Shown: positions 44,465-53,663, counted from the stretch's first letter. The stretch: 64,000 bases of DNA from Candidatus Micrarchaeota archaeon (GCA_021797745.1 JAJZZD010000001.1:128468-192467); one strand, 5' to 3'. The notes: generated from the letters alone by a model not told the origin. A program made the numbers and translations.

Positions 44465-44944
44465 ATGCAGAAACTCGTCGCCGATATCATGCTTGCAAAG
44501 CTCGCGCGTTGGCTCAGAATCGTCGGTGTTGAAGTTGAAAACACGCCTTATTCAAATGACGACAGAATAATAAATTATGTCAGAAGAAGACATGCGTTGC
44601 TTTTAACGCAGGACCGAGCGCTATCGCTGCGTTCGAAACGCAGGAAATTCAAAGTGCTACTGGTGCAGGGAAGCACGCTGGATGAGCAGCTGGCCTTCAC
44701 GGCGCATAAACTCGGAGTCAGACTTGATGTGATTCCCGAAGCCGTGTGCCCTATCTGCAACTCTAAACTGTCAAAAGCGAATCGTAGCTTTGTCATTGAC
44801 AAAATACCAGAGAGTGCAAAGCAGCGCAGAAAATTCTATTTCTGTGCAAACTGCAAGAAGGTATACTGGAAGGGCACACATTTTGCACAGATTAAAAACA
44901 GGCTTGCAAAAGCAAGACAGCTGCAGAAAAAATTAGGGCAGTAA
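44465..44944 (+). CDS. Mut7-C (DUF82) PIN-like RNase domain protein with a C-terminal zinc ribbon
   Basis: MQKLVADIMLAKLARWLRIVG N-terminus typical of the family, plus CPICN...CANCKKVYWKGTH. Confidence 0.8.
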   Translation: MQKLVADIMLAKLARWLRIVGVEVENTPYSNDDRIINYVRRRHALLLTQDRALSLRSKRRKFKVLLVQGSTLDEQLAFTAHKLGVRLDVIPEAVCPICNSKLSKANRSFVIDKIPESAKQRRKFYFCANCKKVYWKGTHFAQIKNRLAKARQLQKKLGQ

Positions 44945-44950
44945 ATTAAA

Positions 44951-45199
44951 TCAAGATATTAAGCTTTCTTCTATTACTTCAACTTCGTTCACGTCCTGCG
45001 TTTTCTTCAGCTTTTCCTCGAAAACAGAACTGCCTTCGCTGTCGTCATGAATAAATAGCACTTTTATTACCTTTATTCCGAAGGCGACCTCTTCCTGCTC
45101 CATTGAATTTGGCTTAAGCTCTTCCCTTATTCTATTCATTACTTCGGCCTCCTTCCCGCCTTCTGCGTAAACCCTGAACAGAACTGCAACCTTTCCCAT
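44951..45199 (-). CDS. ef1b: Translation elongation factor aEF-1 beta
   Basis: 82 aa starting MGKVAVLFRVYAEG, with FGIKVIKVLFIHDD in the ferredoxin-like EF-1beta pattern. Start overlaps the stop of the upstream Zn-ribbon gene (ATGA). Confidence 0.85.
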   Translation of the reverse strand: MGKVAVLFRVYAEGGKEAEVMNRIREELKPNSMEQEEVAFGIKVIKVLFIHDDSEGSSVFEEKLKKTQDVNEVEVIEESLIS

Positions 45200-45366
45200 C
45201 ACGGACCCTCGAATTTGCACTCAGTGCATTTGTACCTTGCGTAAGTCTCCCTGCAGTGCTCGCATCTTATTATTATTCCTTTTCCGCATTTCGGGCACTT
45301 GAATTCAGTATACTTGTTAGTAAGCTTGCCGCACGAGCTGCATGTTTTTCCGCTTAAGGCTGCCAT
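45199..45366 (-). CDS. Small double zinc-ribbon protein (COG2888-like, the conserved neighbour of aEF-1beta)
   Basis: Hand translation gives MAALSGKTCSSCGKLTNKYTEFKCPKCGKGIIIRCEHCRETYARYKCTECKFEGP*, with four CxxC pairs. Below the ORF-track cut-off. Conserved pairing with EF-1beta. Confidence 0.8.
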   Translation of the reverse strand: MAALSGKTCSSCGKLTNKYTEFKCPKCGKGIIIRCEHCRETYARYKCTECKFEGP

Positions 45367-45435
45367 AATTACCACTAAAAAGCAACGTATATTATAAATC
45401 GAAGTATATAAAAACGTAATTACGCTGCAAAATCA

Positions 45436-45510
45436 GGGCATGTGGTGTAACTTGGATAGCACGCCAGCTTGCGGAGCTGTTGGTTGCGGGTTCAAATCCC
45501 GCCATGCCCG
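45436..45510 (+). tRNA. tRNA-Arg(GCG): tRNA-Arg (anticodon GCG)
   Basis: Hand fold: acceptor GGGCAUG/CAUGCCC, D stem GUGU/GCAC, anticodon loop UU-GCG-GA, T arm GCGGG-UUCAAAU-CCCGC, discriminator G. Confidence 0.85.
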
Positions 45511-45516
45511 CTGCCT

Positions 45517-46233
45517 TTACCTTCTGCCTTTTATGAGGCCGTCATTGTTTCGGTAAGACCTGTCGCTTTCAGATGTTGGCCTTTTTATCCCTTTTATAGT
45601 AGGGTCAGCATCAACAAGTTTTTCCATTAAACCAGTGGCGTTTTCAGATGCCAGATACCTGTTTATCTCCACTGCAGGCAGCTTAAATTCCTTTTCTAAA
45701 CGTAACTTTTTATCGTGCATATCATTATGTTCGCCGCACATGATTTGCAGCGCAGTGAGCATGCCGAGTATTCCAGTTTTAGCATAGCCATCCAAACTGT
45801 GTGTATTCTTGTAAATGGTTGCATACTCCATTAACTGGCTATGAAACTTATTGTAGATTTCTTTCATGACATTTATGCTATCTATTTTCACGTGATTGCA
45901 TATAAGAGTTGATATTACCTGCGCGCCATCATAATCTAATTTACTGCCGTTTCTCGTTTTCTCAAGTATGCACGTTAACGCATCCATTCCTTTTTTGTTT
46001 CTTAGCTCTTTATCCGCTCCCATTTTCATTAGAAAATTCACGGTTTCGCCTTTTCCGTTTATGGCGGCCAGAATTAACGCAGTGTTGCCATTTTCATCTA
46101 CCGCGTTTACATTTATACTGCTGCCTTTCCTGCCAACCAAACTTATTAGTGCCTCAAGCTGTCCTTCTGCTGCATATCTGATAAATTCCAAGTCTTCCCT
46201 AGGTGCCTGCCCTTTGGCAGTTTGGATTTTCAT
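45517..46233 (-). CDS. Ankyrin repeat protein
   Basis: Ankyrin consensus stretches DENGNTALILAAINGKGETVNFLMKMGADKELRNKKGMDAL, followed by a helical C-terminal half. Confidence 0.75.
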   Translation of the reverse strand: MKIQTAKGQAPREDLEFIRYAAEGQLEALISLVGRKGSSINVNAVDENGNTALILAAINGKGETVNFLMKMGADKELRNKKGMDALTCILEKTRNGSKLDYDGAQVISTLICNHVKIDSINVMKEIYNKFHSQLMEYATIYKNTHSLDGYAKTGILGMLTALQIMCGEHNDMHDKKLRLEKEFKLPAVEINRYLASENATGLMEKLVDADPTIKGIKRPTSESDRSYRNNDGLIKGRR

Positions 46234-46336
46234 ATATATCACAAATTAAAATAAGAGAGCATTTTGCCATATTTAAATGTTGACATTGAAACGTTCCGGT
46301 TCAAAAACACTTAATGCGCATCTGCAAAATTTCTAT

Positions 46337-46365
46337 ACAAAAATAGAAAGGGGCAAAATGCCCCT
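46337..46365 (-). terminator. Hairpin plus T-tract immediately downstream of the 74 aa gene
   Basis: On the minus strand, AGGGGCA-UUU-UGCCCCU (7 bp perfect stem, 46349..46365) is followed by uuucuauuuuu, and begins 11 nt after the stop codon. Confidence 0.5.
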
Positions 46366-46375
46366 TAAAATAAAA

Positions 46376-46600
46376 TTACCTGCGGCCTTTTCTGTTCATC
46401 TTGGACCTTGCTACGAAACCTGACTTGTCTATGAAGTACAGGAATCCGTCCTCGCGCTTGACTTTTTCAGATCCTACCTTAGCCTTCCTTCCTCTTTTGT
46501 TAGACTTCATAGGAGTTCTCCACGCAAATCCGTCCTTTCCAAGATAGTACAGATATCCGTCTTCTCTGTCTATTTTTTCCTTTGTCATTCGTTCAGCCAT
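46376..46600 (-). CDS. Small highly basic protein made of two ~31 aa internal repeats
   Basis: EKIDREDGYLYYLGKDGFAWRTPMKSNKRGRK versus EKVKREDGFLYFIDKSGFVARSKMNRKGRR. A terminator-like hairpin lies downstream. Confidence 0.65.
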   Translation of the reverse strand: MAERMTKEKIDREDGYLYYLGKDGFAWRTPMKSNKRGRKAKVGSEKVKREDGFLYFIDKSGFVARSKMNRKGRR

Positions 46601-46776
46601 TAATTCACCGATAATTTATCGAGAGCATATCAATATATACATATCGTCGTAATGACGAGATAAAAATACAAGGATAAGCATACTGTATGATATTTTAATC
46701 TTCTGTGCAAATTTATTATTGATTTGTTTATCAATTTGTTTATTGATGTGCGGATTTGCCAGCGGTACTTGATTGC

Positions 46777-47511
46777 ATGATTGAAATAAAACTTTCCAAG
46801 AATTACAACTTAAAAGGGTACACGCTCATAGAGGGTTTTCCTGGCGCGGGGCTTGTAGGGCCAATGGCTGCAAGCTACATAGTGGAAAAGCTGAGTATGG
46901 AATACATAGGCGACATCTCAAGCGATTCGTTTCCTCCTATAGCTGCCATTCACAATGGCATTCCTATGTATACTGCCAGGCTGTACATGGACGAAAAGAG
47001 AAAGCTGCTCGTAATGCTGGCAGAGTTCACTATTCCAACAAATGTCGTATACGCTTTGGGAATGGAAATAATATCATTCATAAGAAAATACGGCATAAAG
47101 AACGTAATATCGATAGGCGGCCTGCCGATGCAGCAGCCAGGTAACAATGCCTATATCATATCATCTGATGAAGACTTCGGCAAGCAGGCAAAGAAACAAG
47201 GGATAAAAAATATACAGGAAGGTGTGATAGCCGGCGTAAGCGCAATACTTCTTGTGAATGCCGTGCACTACAATATACCTGTAGCAGACATACTTGTAGA
47301 GGTAAATCCTGCGATACTTAACCCGAAATACGCGGAAATAGCCATAATGACTCTGGACAAACTTATAGGCATAGAAATAGACCTCCGTGAATTGGAGAAG
47401 GAATCGAAGGTAGTCGAGGCCAAGGTGAAGGACATGCTAGGAAAGGCAAAGGAAACACACGACAGGTACAGCAAGTCAGCCGAGCCTGCAGGACCACCAA
47501 CATACGCCTGA
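46777..47511 (+). CDS. PAC2 family protein (proteasome assembly chaperone-like)
   Basis: LIEGFPGAGLVGPMAA N-terminal motif and ~245 aa length. Confidence 0.75.
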   Translation: MIEIKLSKNYNLKGYTLIEGFPGAGLVGPMAASYIVEKLSMEYIGDISSDSFPPIAAIHNGIPMYTARLYMDEKRKLLVMLAEFTIPTNVVYALGMEIISFIRKYGIKNVISIGGLPMQQPGNNAYIISSDEDFGKQAKKQGIKNIQEGVIAGVSAILLVNAVHYNIPVADILVEVNPAILNPKYAEIAIMTLDKLIGIEIDLRELEKESKVVEAKVKDMLGKAKETHDRYSKSAEPAGPPTYA

Positions 47512-47606
47512 TTTTAGGTCGTAGCAGGTCATAGTTTAGACTCGCATCTTTTATTATTTATGCTGCATATCTAATTTAGGCCAGGCGCACTTTTTTTCAG
47601 TGCAAA

Positions 47607-47712
47607 GCAGGGGTTGCAGAGTCTGGTCTGGCATCTAATGCCACGGAAAATCGCGCAGGACTTAAGATCCTGTGGCCTAGTGCCTTCGTGAGTTCAAATC
47701 TCACCCCCTGCA
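47607..47712 (+). tRNA. tRNA-Leu(UAA): tRNA-Leu (anticodon UAA) carrying a ~20 nt extra insertion between the D-loop and the anticodon stem
   Basis: Acceptor GCAGGGG/CCCCUGC, anticodon arm CAGGA-CUUAAGA-UCCUG, long variable arm, T arm GUGAG-UUCAAAU-CUCAC, discriminator A. Total 106 nt versus about 86 expected. The extra segment contains the hairpin UGGCAU-CUA-AUGCCA. Exact intron boundaries were not resolved by hand. Confidence 0.75.
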
Positions 47713-47856
47713 AATATTTCATACTGACCTGCGACTTCGCAGGGGATATGCAAATAATAAAGTCAGTATCATTACGTAAGGATGTAATGAGCGCAATAAA
47801 ACTAGTTCTGAGAAGTAACCTTGTGCGGAAATGCATAGAAAACAAAATACGAAATC

Positions 47857-48207
47857 CTACACCGGAATTCTTGCACGCATAATTTCCCCAATCACTCTTC
47901 TACTTCCATCATTATTGCTTTTGACCGAAGCAATATCTCCTACTAATATCAAAGGTACCTGTTGTGTGCTCCTTGTGTCTGCACCACGACGCAGTCTTTT
48001 CATTAATTCTTCTGTTTCGCCATTAAACGCTTTGCTAACGGTATCAACCAGCCCTTCCCAACTTTTGCTGCTCACGCTCCAAGAGTCGAAATTAAGAGTG
48101 AACGTTCCATTCTTTTCCACAATGAATAACATCTGAGTGCATCCACTAACGTTTTCCTGTAATTCAGGTAAAAAATCTCTTTCTCCATTTTTATTTTTTT
48201 CTGACAT
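47857..48207 (-). CDS. Hypothetical protein (116 aa)
   Basis: ORF between two tRNA genes. No recognisable motif. Confidence 0.45.
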   Translation of the reverse strand: MSEKNKNGERDFLPELQENVSGCTQMLFIVEKNGTFTLNFDSWSVSSKSWEGLVDTVSKAFNGETEELMKRLRRGADTRSTQQVPLILVGDIASVKSNNDGSRRVIGEIMRARIPV

Positions 48208-48274
48208 TTTTCCACCGGTTTAGCCTGAATTTATTACCAATCCTTTTAAAAGCTGAATTGCCAATTCATCTTGT

Positions 48275-48346
48275 GCCCCTGTAGCTCAGTGGTAGAGCGC
48301 CTGCATGGTAAGCAGGAGGTCTCGGGTTCAATCCCCGACGGGGGCT
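48275..48346 (+). tRNA. tRNA-Thr(GGU): tRNA-Thr (anticodon GGU)
   Basis: Hand fold: acceptor GCCCCUG/CGGGGGC, D arm GCUC-AGUGGUA-GAGC, anticodon stem CCUGC/GCAGG with loop AU-GGU-AA, T arm UCGGG-UUCAAUC-CCCGA, discriminator U. Confidence 0.85.
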
Positions 48347-48384
48347 CTTTCGTTTTTATTTTTCATTTTGTTCTGCTTTCGATC

Positions 48385-49353
48385 TCACTTGTAGTCTGTC
48401 AACGCCCTCCGAAGCGCCGAGAAGTCACTTTTTAGTTTTTCAGAAACATCCTTTGCATTCGACGGTTTTTTTGCGTTTTCGTTTATGACTAGCTTATGGT
48501 CGTGTGCATTAACTTCTAAATAATTGTACCTATTTATGTCGGAAACCTGAATTGTAAGTTCGACCATCCCATTTTTTGCGGTTTTTGCCAAACCATCGAA
48601 AATTGTTTCTATCTCTTTCATAACTGCATTATATACATTCCTTGCCTCGGGGGCCTTTTGCAGCTCCCTTGTCATGTGTATATGGTTGTAGCCTTTGCCG
48701 AAGCGCTCCTCGTAGAGCCTTGACTTGATGCCAGGTAGCTCATTCACAGGAATATACACGCGAATATACTTACCCTCGTCTTTAGACTTGAATTTCGTTA
48801 CTAACGTTTCCCCGCTGTTCTCTTGGCTTCTTAGCTCATTTAATTTTTCGTCAATCTCTCTTATTTTTTTATTATACTGGTCTACTGTCTTTTTTGCAGT
48901 TTCTTTTGCTTCTTGAATAAAACTTGTTTGGTCCATTTGTTCAATTAAGCCGCGCTTAGAATCGGTCGCATGAAGCATATTTCTGATGCTCACATATTCT
49001 TCTGACCCTGTTTTCAATTCAGCTTCATTGACTGCCTGCTCAATTCCAATTCTTGTAGAAACTCCCTCCCTGGTTAATTCATTTATTTCGTTAGTTATTC
49101 CCTGCAATTTTTCTATATATGGAATTATCTTTTTGCCAAACATATTGGTTTTCGCATTTAACCCTGCTTTCTCCTTTTCAAGTCCTGTGCGCGTAGCCTG
49201 TCTAGCATCGTATGAAGACCAAAATCTCTGCATGGCGTCTATAGTAAGCATAAGCACGTAAAACCTTCCGAAATCCGAAGTCGTGTCCTTCCTGACTAGA
49301 CTGTTAAACGCGTCCGCATTTTGTCCTTTACCTGCAATTACAGTATTTTCCAT
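48385..49353 (-). CDS. Hypothetical protein (322 aa): coiled-coil middle, unknown C-terminal domain
   Basis: Long ORF with ordinary composition. No motif recognised. Confidence 0.55.
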   Translation of the reverse strand: MENTVIAGKGQNADAFNSLVRKDTTSDFGRFYVLMLTIDAMQRFWSSYDARQATRTGLEKEKAGLNAKTNMFGKKIIPYIEKLQGITNEINELTREGVSTRIGIEQAVNEAELKTGSEEYVSIRNMLHATDSKRGLIEQMDQTSFIQEAKETAKKTVDQYNKKIREIDEKLNELRSQENSGETLVTKFKSKDEGKYIRVYIPVNELPGIKSRLYEERFGKGYNHIHMTRELQKAPEARNVYNAVMKEIETIFDGLAKTAKNGMVELTIQVSDINRYNYLEVNAHDHKLVINENAKKPSNAKDVSEKLKSDFSALRRALTDYK

Positions 49354-49453
49354 ACCAAAAACCTTGGAAACGAATTCTCCCTCCCTCCTTATAAATATTG
49401 CTATACTTTCTGCCGTTGTGCAGCACAGACTAAAAAAAGCCGAATTTCCAGAT

Positions 49454-49870
49454 TTACAGTATTCTTATCCTGTCGCCGATTCTAACCTCCATGCGCGCTA
49501 TTTTGCCCGCGCTGAGCTCGAGAACGTATTCGGAGGCTTTTTCTGCCTTGTAAATTTCAGAATTGAAGATTGATTTGCGTGGCTGCGCATTTTTGACAGC
49601 ATGAACTATCTTTCCTGACTTGTCTATCCATGCAACGTCTATCGGAAACTTCATGTTGTACATCCATATGCCTGGTCTGGAGTTATCATTGAATATAAAC
49701 AGCATTCCCTCGTTTTCCTTGAGTGGCTTGTGGTACATGAGCCCGAATCCCTTCTTGAAATAAGTGTCTGCAACAAACGCCTTTATCCTATGCCTTTTGC
49801 AAATAACCGTTTTGATTTTGTAATCCTTCGGCGCAAAAAGCGCGTGAAGGAAATCGAGCCAGAGTTTCAC
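49454..49870 (-). CDS. DUF192 family protein
   Basis: GLMYHKPLKENEGMLFIF ... MYNMKFPIDVAWIDKSGKIV pattern typical of DUF192 (COG1430). Confidence 0.7.
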   Translation of the reverse strand: MKLWLDFLHALFAPKDYKIKTVICKRHRIKAFVADTYFKKGFGLMYHKPLKENEGMLFIFNDNSRPGIWMYNMKFPIDVAWIDKSGKIVHAVKNAQPRKSIFNSEIYKAEKASEYVLELSAGKIARMEVRIGDRIRIL

Positions 49871-49879
49871 CAGAGCACC

Positions 49880-51496
49880 TTATTTCGCTACTGCTTCGCT
49901 CTGCTCTCTTAGGAATTGTAGCAGGTAGAACCTGCTGCCGGTGCCTTTGCCTGTCAGCCCGCTGCCCTTCCACCCTACGAACGTGTGCACCCCGACAATA
50001 GCTCCTGTCGTGGCTCCGACTTTTCTATTTGCGTAAACTACCCCTGCCTGTATTTTGTTAAGGAATTCCTTTACTTCTTTCCTGTTTCCGCTGTATATTC
50101 CTGCAGTGAGCCCGTAATCAACATCGTTCGCCTTCTGCAGAGCCTCGTCAAACTTTGCGTACGTATCTATCGCAAGTATTGGTACAAACAGCTCTTCGTG
50201 CATCAGCCTGTTGTCGTGGCCTACTTCTATTACTGCAGGTTCGACATAAATGCCATTCATGCCCGTGTTTACTTCTTTGCCGCCAAATATCACCCTGCCG
50301 TTCCTGCCTGCTTCATCTATTGAACTTTTGTACTTTTCCAGGGCGCCTTTGCTCATTAACGGTCCCACATAATTCTCTTTGTTTATCGGATTTCCTATCT
50401 TCAGGCTCCTCAGTTTTTCTATCAGTTTGCTTATAAATTCCTCCTTGACTGTTTCCTGAACATATACGCGCGAGCACGCGCTGCATTTCTGGCCCGCGTA
50501 TCCAAACGCAGAACCTGTGATTCCCTGCACAGCATCATCAAGATTTGCGTACTTCGATACTATCGCGGGGTTTTTGCCTCCCATTTCAACGACAAATACC
50601 TTCTGGAGGTTGCTATCCAGAGCTTTTTTCATCATTCCGAGTCCTACTGACCTGGACCCGGTGAAAGCTATCCCGGCAACTTTGCCGCTCATCACAAGCG
50701 CGTCCCCTATTTCAGACCCAGGTCCAGTGACGTAATTGAAAACGCCGCCGGGAATGCCTGCTTCTCTGAATATTTCGTATATCTTAAGCCCGCACAGCAT
50801 CGTTTTGTTGTCGCTGGAAGACGGCTTGAAAACAACAGTGTTGCCGGTTATCAAGGCCCCTGTAGACATGCCCACAGATATGGATATTGGAAAGTTGAAA
50901 GGCGCGATAACGCCGAATACACCGTATGGTTTCATGACTATTACCACTTTTTCCTCGCTTCCCGGCGCGCCTTGAAATCCAGCACTTACCTTTTTCTCGC
51001 TGCCTTCAAACTTGGTTTTTCTTACGTAGCCTTTGTTTCTTACTATCTCGCCAGCATAATAATTTAGAAAATCTATTGCCTCGTCGACCTCTCCCACCGA
51101 CTCGTACCTGGTCTTGCCGTTTTCTATGCTTAGTATTGCTGCGACGACGAATTTCTCCCTTCTGAATATATCTGCAGCCTTGATGAACAACGCCGCCCGC
51201 TCCCTGTAATCCATTGAACTCCAGTCGTAGAATGAGGCATAAGCCGCATCTATTGCCTGCTGCGCATTTTCTCTGGTCCCTTTTTGGAACATGCCAATCT
51301 GCGTTCCGTCTATTGGAGAATTTTCGGTTATCTTCTCATTTGCCGAAACTTCATTTCCGTTTATGTACATCGGGAAGGTTTTTCCCAAAACTTCTCTTTT
51401 TACCTTTTCTACTGCCCCGTCAAATAGTCTGTCGAATTCGTTCTCGTTGCCCTGCTCCAAAAATTTCTTGTAAGTGGACTCGTTCTTAAAATCCAT
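49880..51496 (-). CDS. Aldehyde dehydrogenase family, 1-pyrroline-5-carboxylate (glutamate semialdehyde) dehydrogenase-like
   Basis: FTGSRSVG, catalytic Glu region EMGGKNPAIV, catalytic Cys region GQKCSACSRVYV. RocA-like N-terminal extension and ~538 aa length. Confidence 0.8.
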   Translation of the reverse strand: MDFKNESTYKKFLEQGNENEFDRLFDGAVEKVKREVLGKTFPMYINGNEVSANEKITENSPIDGTQIGMFQKGTRENAQQAIDAAYASFYDWSSMDYRERAALFIKAADIFRREKFVVAAILSIENGKTRYESVGEVDEAIDFLNYYAGEIVRNKGYVRKTKFEGSEKKVSAGFQGAPGSEEKVVIVMKPYGVFGVIAPFNFPISISVGMSTGALITGNTVVFKPSSSDNKTMLCGLKIYEIFREAGIPGGVFNYVTGPGSEIGDALVMSGKVAGIAFTGSRSVGLGMMKKALDSNLQKVFVVEMGGKNPAIVSKYANLDDAVQGITGSAFGYAGQKCSACSRVYVQETVKEEFISKLIEKLRSLKIGNPINKENYVGPLMSKGALEKYKSSIDEAGRNGRVIFGGKEVNTGMNGIYVEPAVIEVGHDNRLMHEELFVPILAIDTYAKFDEALQKANDVDYGLTAGIYSGNRKEVKEFLNKIQAGVVYANRKVGATTGAIVGVHTFVGWKGSGLTGKGTGSRFYLLQFLREQSEAVAK

Positions 51497-51553
51497 AAAA
51501 TCAAAGAGTTATTGCAGGTAAAAAGATAAAAATCAGTAGCAACGGAAATGCGG

Positions 51554-52291
51554 TCAATGGTAATCAATAAACCGCAGAAGTGCGGCCTTGACCTGCTCTG
51601 TGTTTGTGTAATGCGGGTCGTGCCCTGCGCCTTCTATTATTTCAAGCAGGCTGTGTTTTATGTGCTTGTTCAAAGCGTGCGCCGCACTTATGCCAAGCAT
51701 TGTGTCATTGCTGCCCCAGATTATCAAAGTAGGAACATGTAACGAATTGAGAGATTCCTCTCCGAAAACAGGGTTTTTATGCCTGGCCTCGAGTGTGCTC
51801 AGTATCACGTGCTCCTTATTGTCATTGTACTTCTTGGCGAGCTCAAGCATTCTTTCGTTAAAAGAGTCTTTCATACTTTCTTTCTGGTAATCTATCCCTT
51901 CCTTCACGCCTCCAGCGTCTTCGAGAATAAGGCCCTTAATGCTGTGGCCAGATGTTGCGTAGCGCATGGCAACCCAGCCCCCATACGAATGGCCAAAAAG
52001 ATAGAAATCAACAATGCCAAGCTTATTTATGCATTCGCTCAGCACCTCCGTTTGTGTGTCGATGCTGTATTCTGCGTGGGGCGCATCCGAACCTCCGTAA
52101 CCAAGCAGGTCCAGCAGGTATATGTCAAGGTCGTTTGGCAGCAGCGCTACCAGTTTTTTCCATGTCCTCGAGTTTGAGGCAAACCCGTGTATGAAAAGAA
52201 TCGACTGTTTGGTGCCTTCATGGTGCCTCACATGCATCCTGCCTAAAGATGTTTGCACAGAAATTGCTTTGAAATCACTTTCATATTCCAT
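51554..52291 (-). CDS. Alpha/beta hydrolase fold protein
   Basis: HGFASN oxyanion region, nucleophile elbow GHSYGG, C-terminal GAGHDPH. Confidence 0.8.
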   Translation of the reverse strand: MEYESDFKAISVQTSLGRMHVRHHEGTKQSILFIHGFASNSRTWKKLVALLPNDLDIYLLDLLGYGGSDAPHAEYSIDTQTEVLSECINKLGIVDFYLFGHSYGGWVAMRYATSGHSIKGLILEDAGGVKEGIDYQKESMKDSFNERMLELAKKYNDNKEHVILSTLEARHKNPVFGEESLNSLHVPTLIIWGSNDTMLGISAAHALNKHIKHSLLEIIEGAGHDPHYTNTEQVKAALLRFIDYH

Positions 52292-52370
52292 TTGTGTTTC
52301 CCCTGTCGTTACCTCTGTCGTTAAGGCTAAACTATTTATTGCTTAATAATACATATTATAGGGTGCGACC

Positions 52371-53060
52371 ATGGACGAAATTCAGAAGAACGTGGCGATA
52401 GCCCAGGCTTTCAACATAGAGAGTTTCGTAAAAGAAGCCACGTGGAAGGACATACTTATAGAATTGGTTGAGAAGAACAAGCTCGACCCTTGGGACATAA
52501 ATCTTGTGGATTTGGTGGAAAAATATCTTGAGGTCGTGAAGCAGGTGAAAGTCCTGGACCTCAGGATACCTGCAAACATAATACTTGCGGCCTCGATCCT
52601 TCTCAGGCTCAAGAGCGAAATGCTCGACGTCGAGGAACAGGTTCCCGAGCCAGAGGAAATGGCATACGAAAGGTCAGCCGTGCAGGTAGGCGAGCTGATT
52701 CCTAGGCTAAAGCTGCCGAAGAAAAGCAGGGTCACTCTTTCAGAGCTCATATCGGCTCTCGACGAGGCGATGAAGCTGAAGGAGGAAAAAGAAGCAATGT
52801 ACGCAAGCAAGCCTGCGCCAATTCCTATAATCATAGACCGCGTAGATGTCGAAGCGAGCGCAAACGAGTTGTACAAGGAACTCGGATCCTGTGCCGATTC
52901 CAAGCACATGCTTACACTCAAATACCTGATAAGCAGACTTCCACAAAAAGACGCATTGCTTGACATATTCGTTCCGCTTTTGTTTTTGGCAAATCACAAT
53001 CGCGTTCTTCTTATCCAGGAGAAGTTTTTTGGGGAAATAATAATAGCAATTGACGTATGA
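52371..53060 (+). CDS. scpA: Segregation and condensation protein A (kleisin)
   Basis: N-terminal LDPWDINLVDLVEKYL pattern. 4 nt overlap with scpB. Confidence 0.8.
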   Translation: MDEIQKNVAIAQAFNIESFVKEATWKDILIELVEKNKLDPWDINLVDLVEKYLEVVKQVKVLDLRIPANIILAASILLRLKSEMLDVEEQVPEPEEMAYERSAVQVGELIPRLKLPKKSRVTLSELISALDEAMKLKEEKEAMYASKPAPIPIIIDRVDVEASANELYKELGSCADSKHMLTLKYLISRLPQKDALLDIFVPLLFLANHNRVLLIQEKFFGEIIIAIDV

Positions 53061-53614
53061 TGGTGTTTATGGACGAGCAGCAGCAAACACAGGACGAGAC
53101 CAAGCCGCAGGTTGATTACAAGAAACTTGTAGAGGCTGCGCTCTTCATGTCGCCTAACGCGATGAGTGCGCAGGACATTGCAAGCGTAATAGGCCTAGGA
53201 TCGGTAGGCCACGTGTCCAACTACCTTAACCAGCTCATTGCTGAATACAGAGAAAGGAACACTTCATTGGAGATAATAGAGATAGGAGGCAAGTTCATGT
53301 TCAGCATAAAGGAGCCTTATGCAAGCAGGGTCGCGCAGATGGCAAGCGGGCCTGAAATAAGCAGGGGAGCGTTGCGGCTTTTGGCGTATGTGAGCAAGAA
53401 CGACAACATAAAGCAGAGCGAGCTTGTGAAAATATTCGGTTCATCCACTTATGACTACGTAAAAGAGCTTGTAGAAAAAGAGTTCATAGAGGCAAAAAAA
53501 GAAGGAAGGAGCAGAAGAATAATTCTGACGGGCAAGTTTGCCGAATATTTTGAAGTTGTACAGGAAAATAATGCAACTGCTCCGCAGGTAAGCTCTTCAG
53601 AATCTGACGAGTAA
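53057..53614 (+). CDS. scpB: Segregation and condensation protein B
   Basis: VEAALFMS start of tandem winged-helix domains. Coupled to scpA. Confidence 0.8.
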   Translation: MMVFMDEQQQTQDETKPQVDYKKLVEAALFMSPNAMSAQDIASVIGLGSVGHVSNYLNQLIAEYRERNTSLEIIEIGGKFMFSIKEPYASRVAQMASGPEISRGALRLLAYVSKNDNIKQSELVKIFGSSTYDYVKELVEKEFIEAKKEGRSRRIILTGKFAEYFEVVQENNATAPQVSSSESDE

Positions 53615-53663
53615 AATTTCATCAAACAAATTCAATCAATGAGAAAATAAATTATAATAATAG

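Noticed and set aside
47597-47845. 82 aa ORF on the minus strand
   Set aside because: It overlaps tRNA-Leu(UAA), and the tRNA fold explains the sequence.
52382-52966. 194 aa ORF on the minus strand
   Set aside because: It is antisense to scpA and has a shadow-frame composition.
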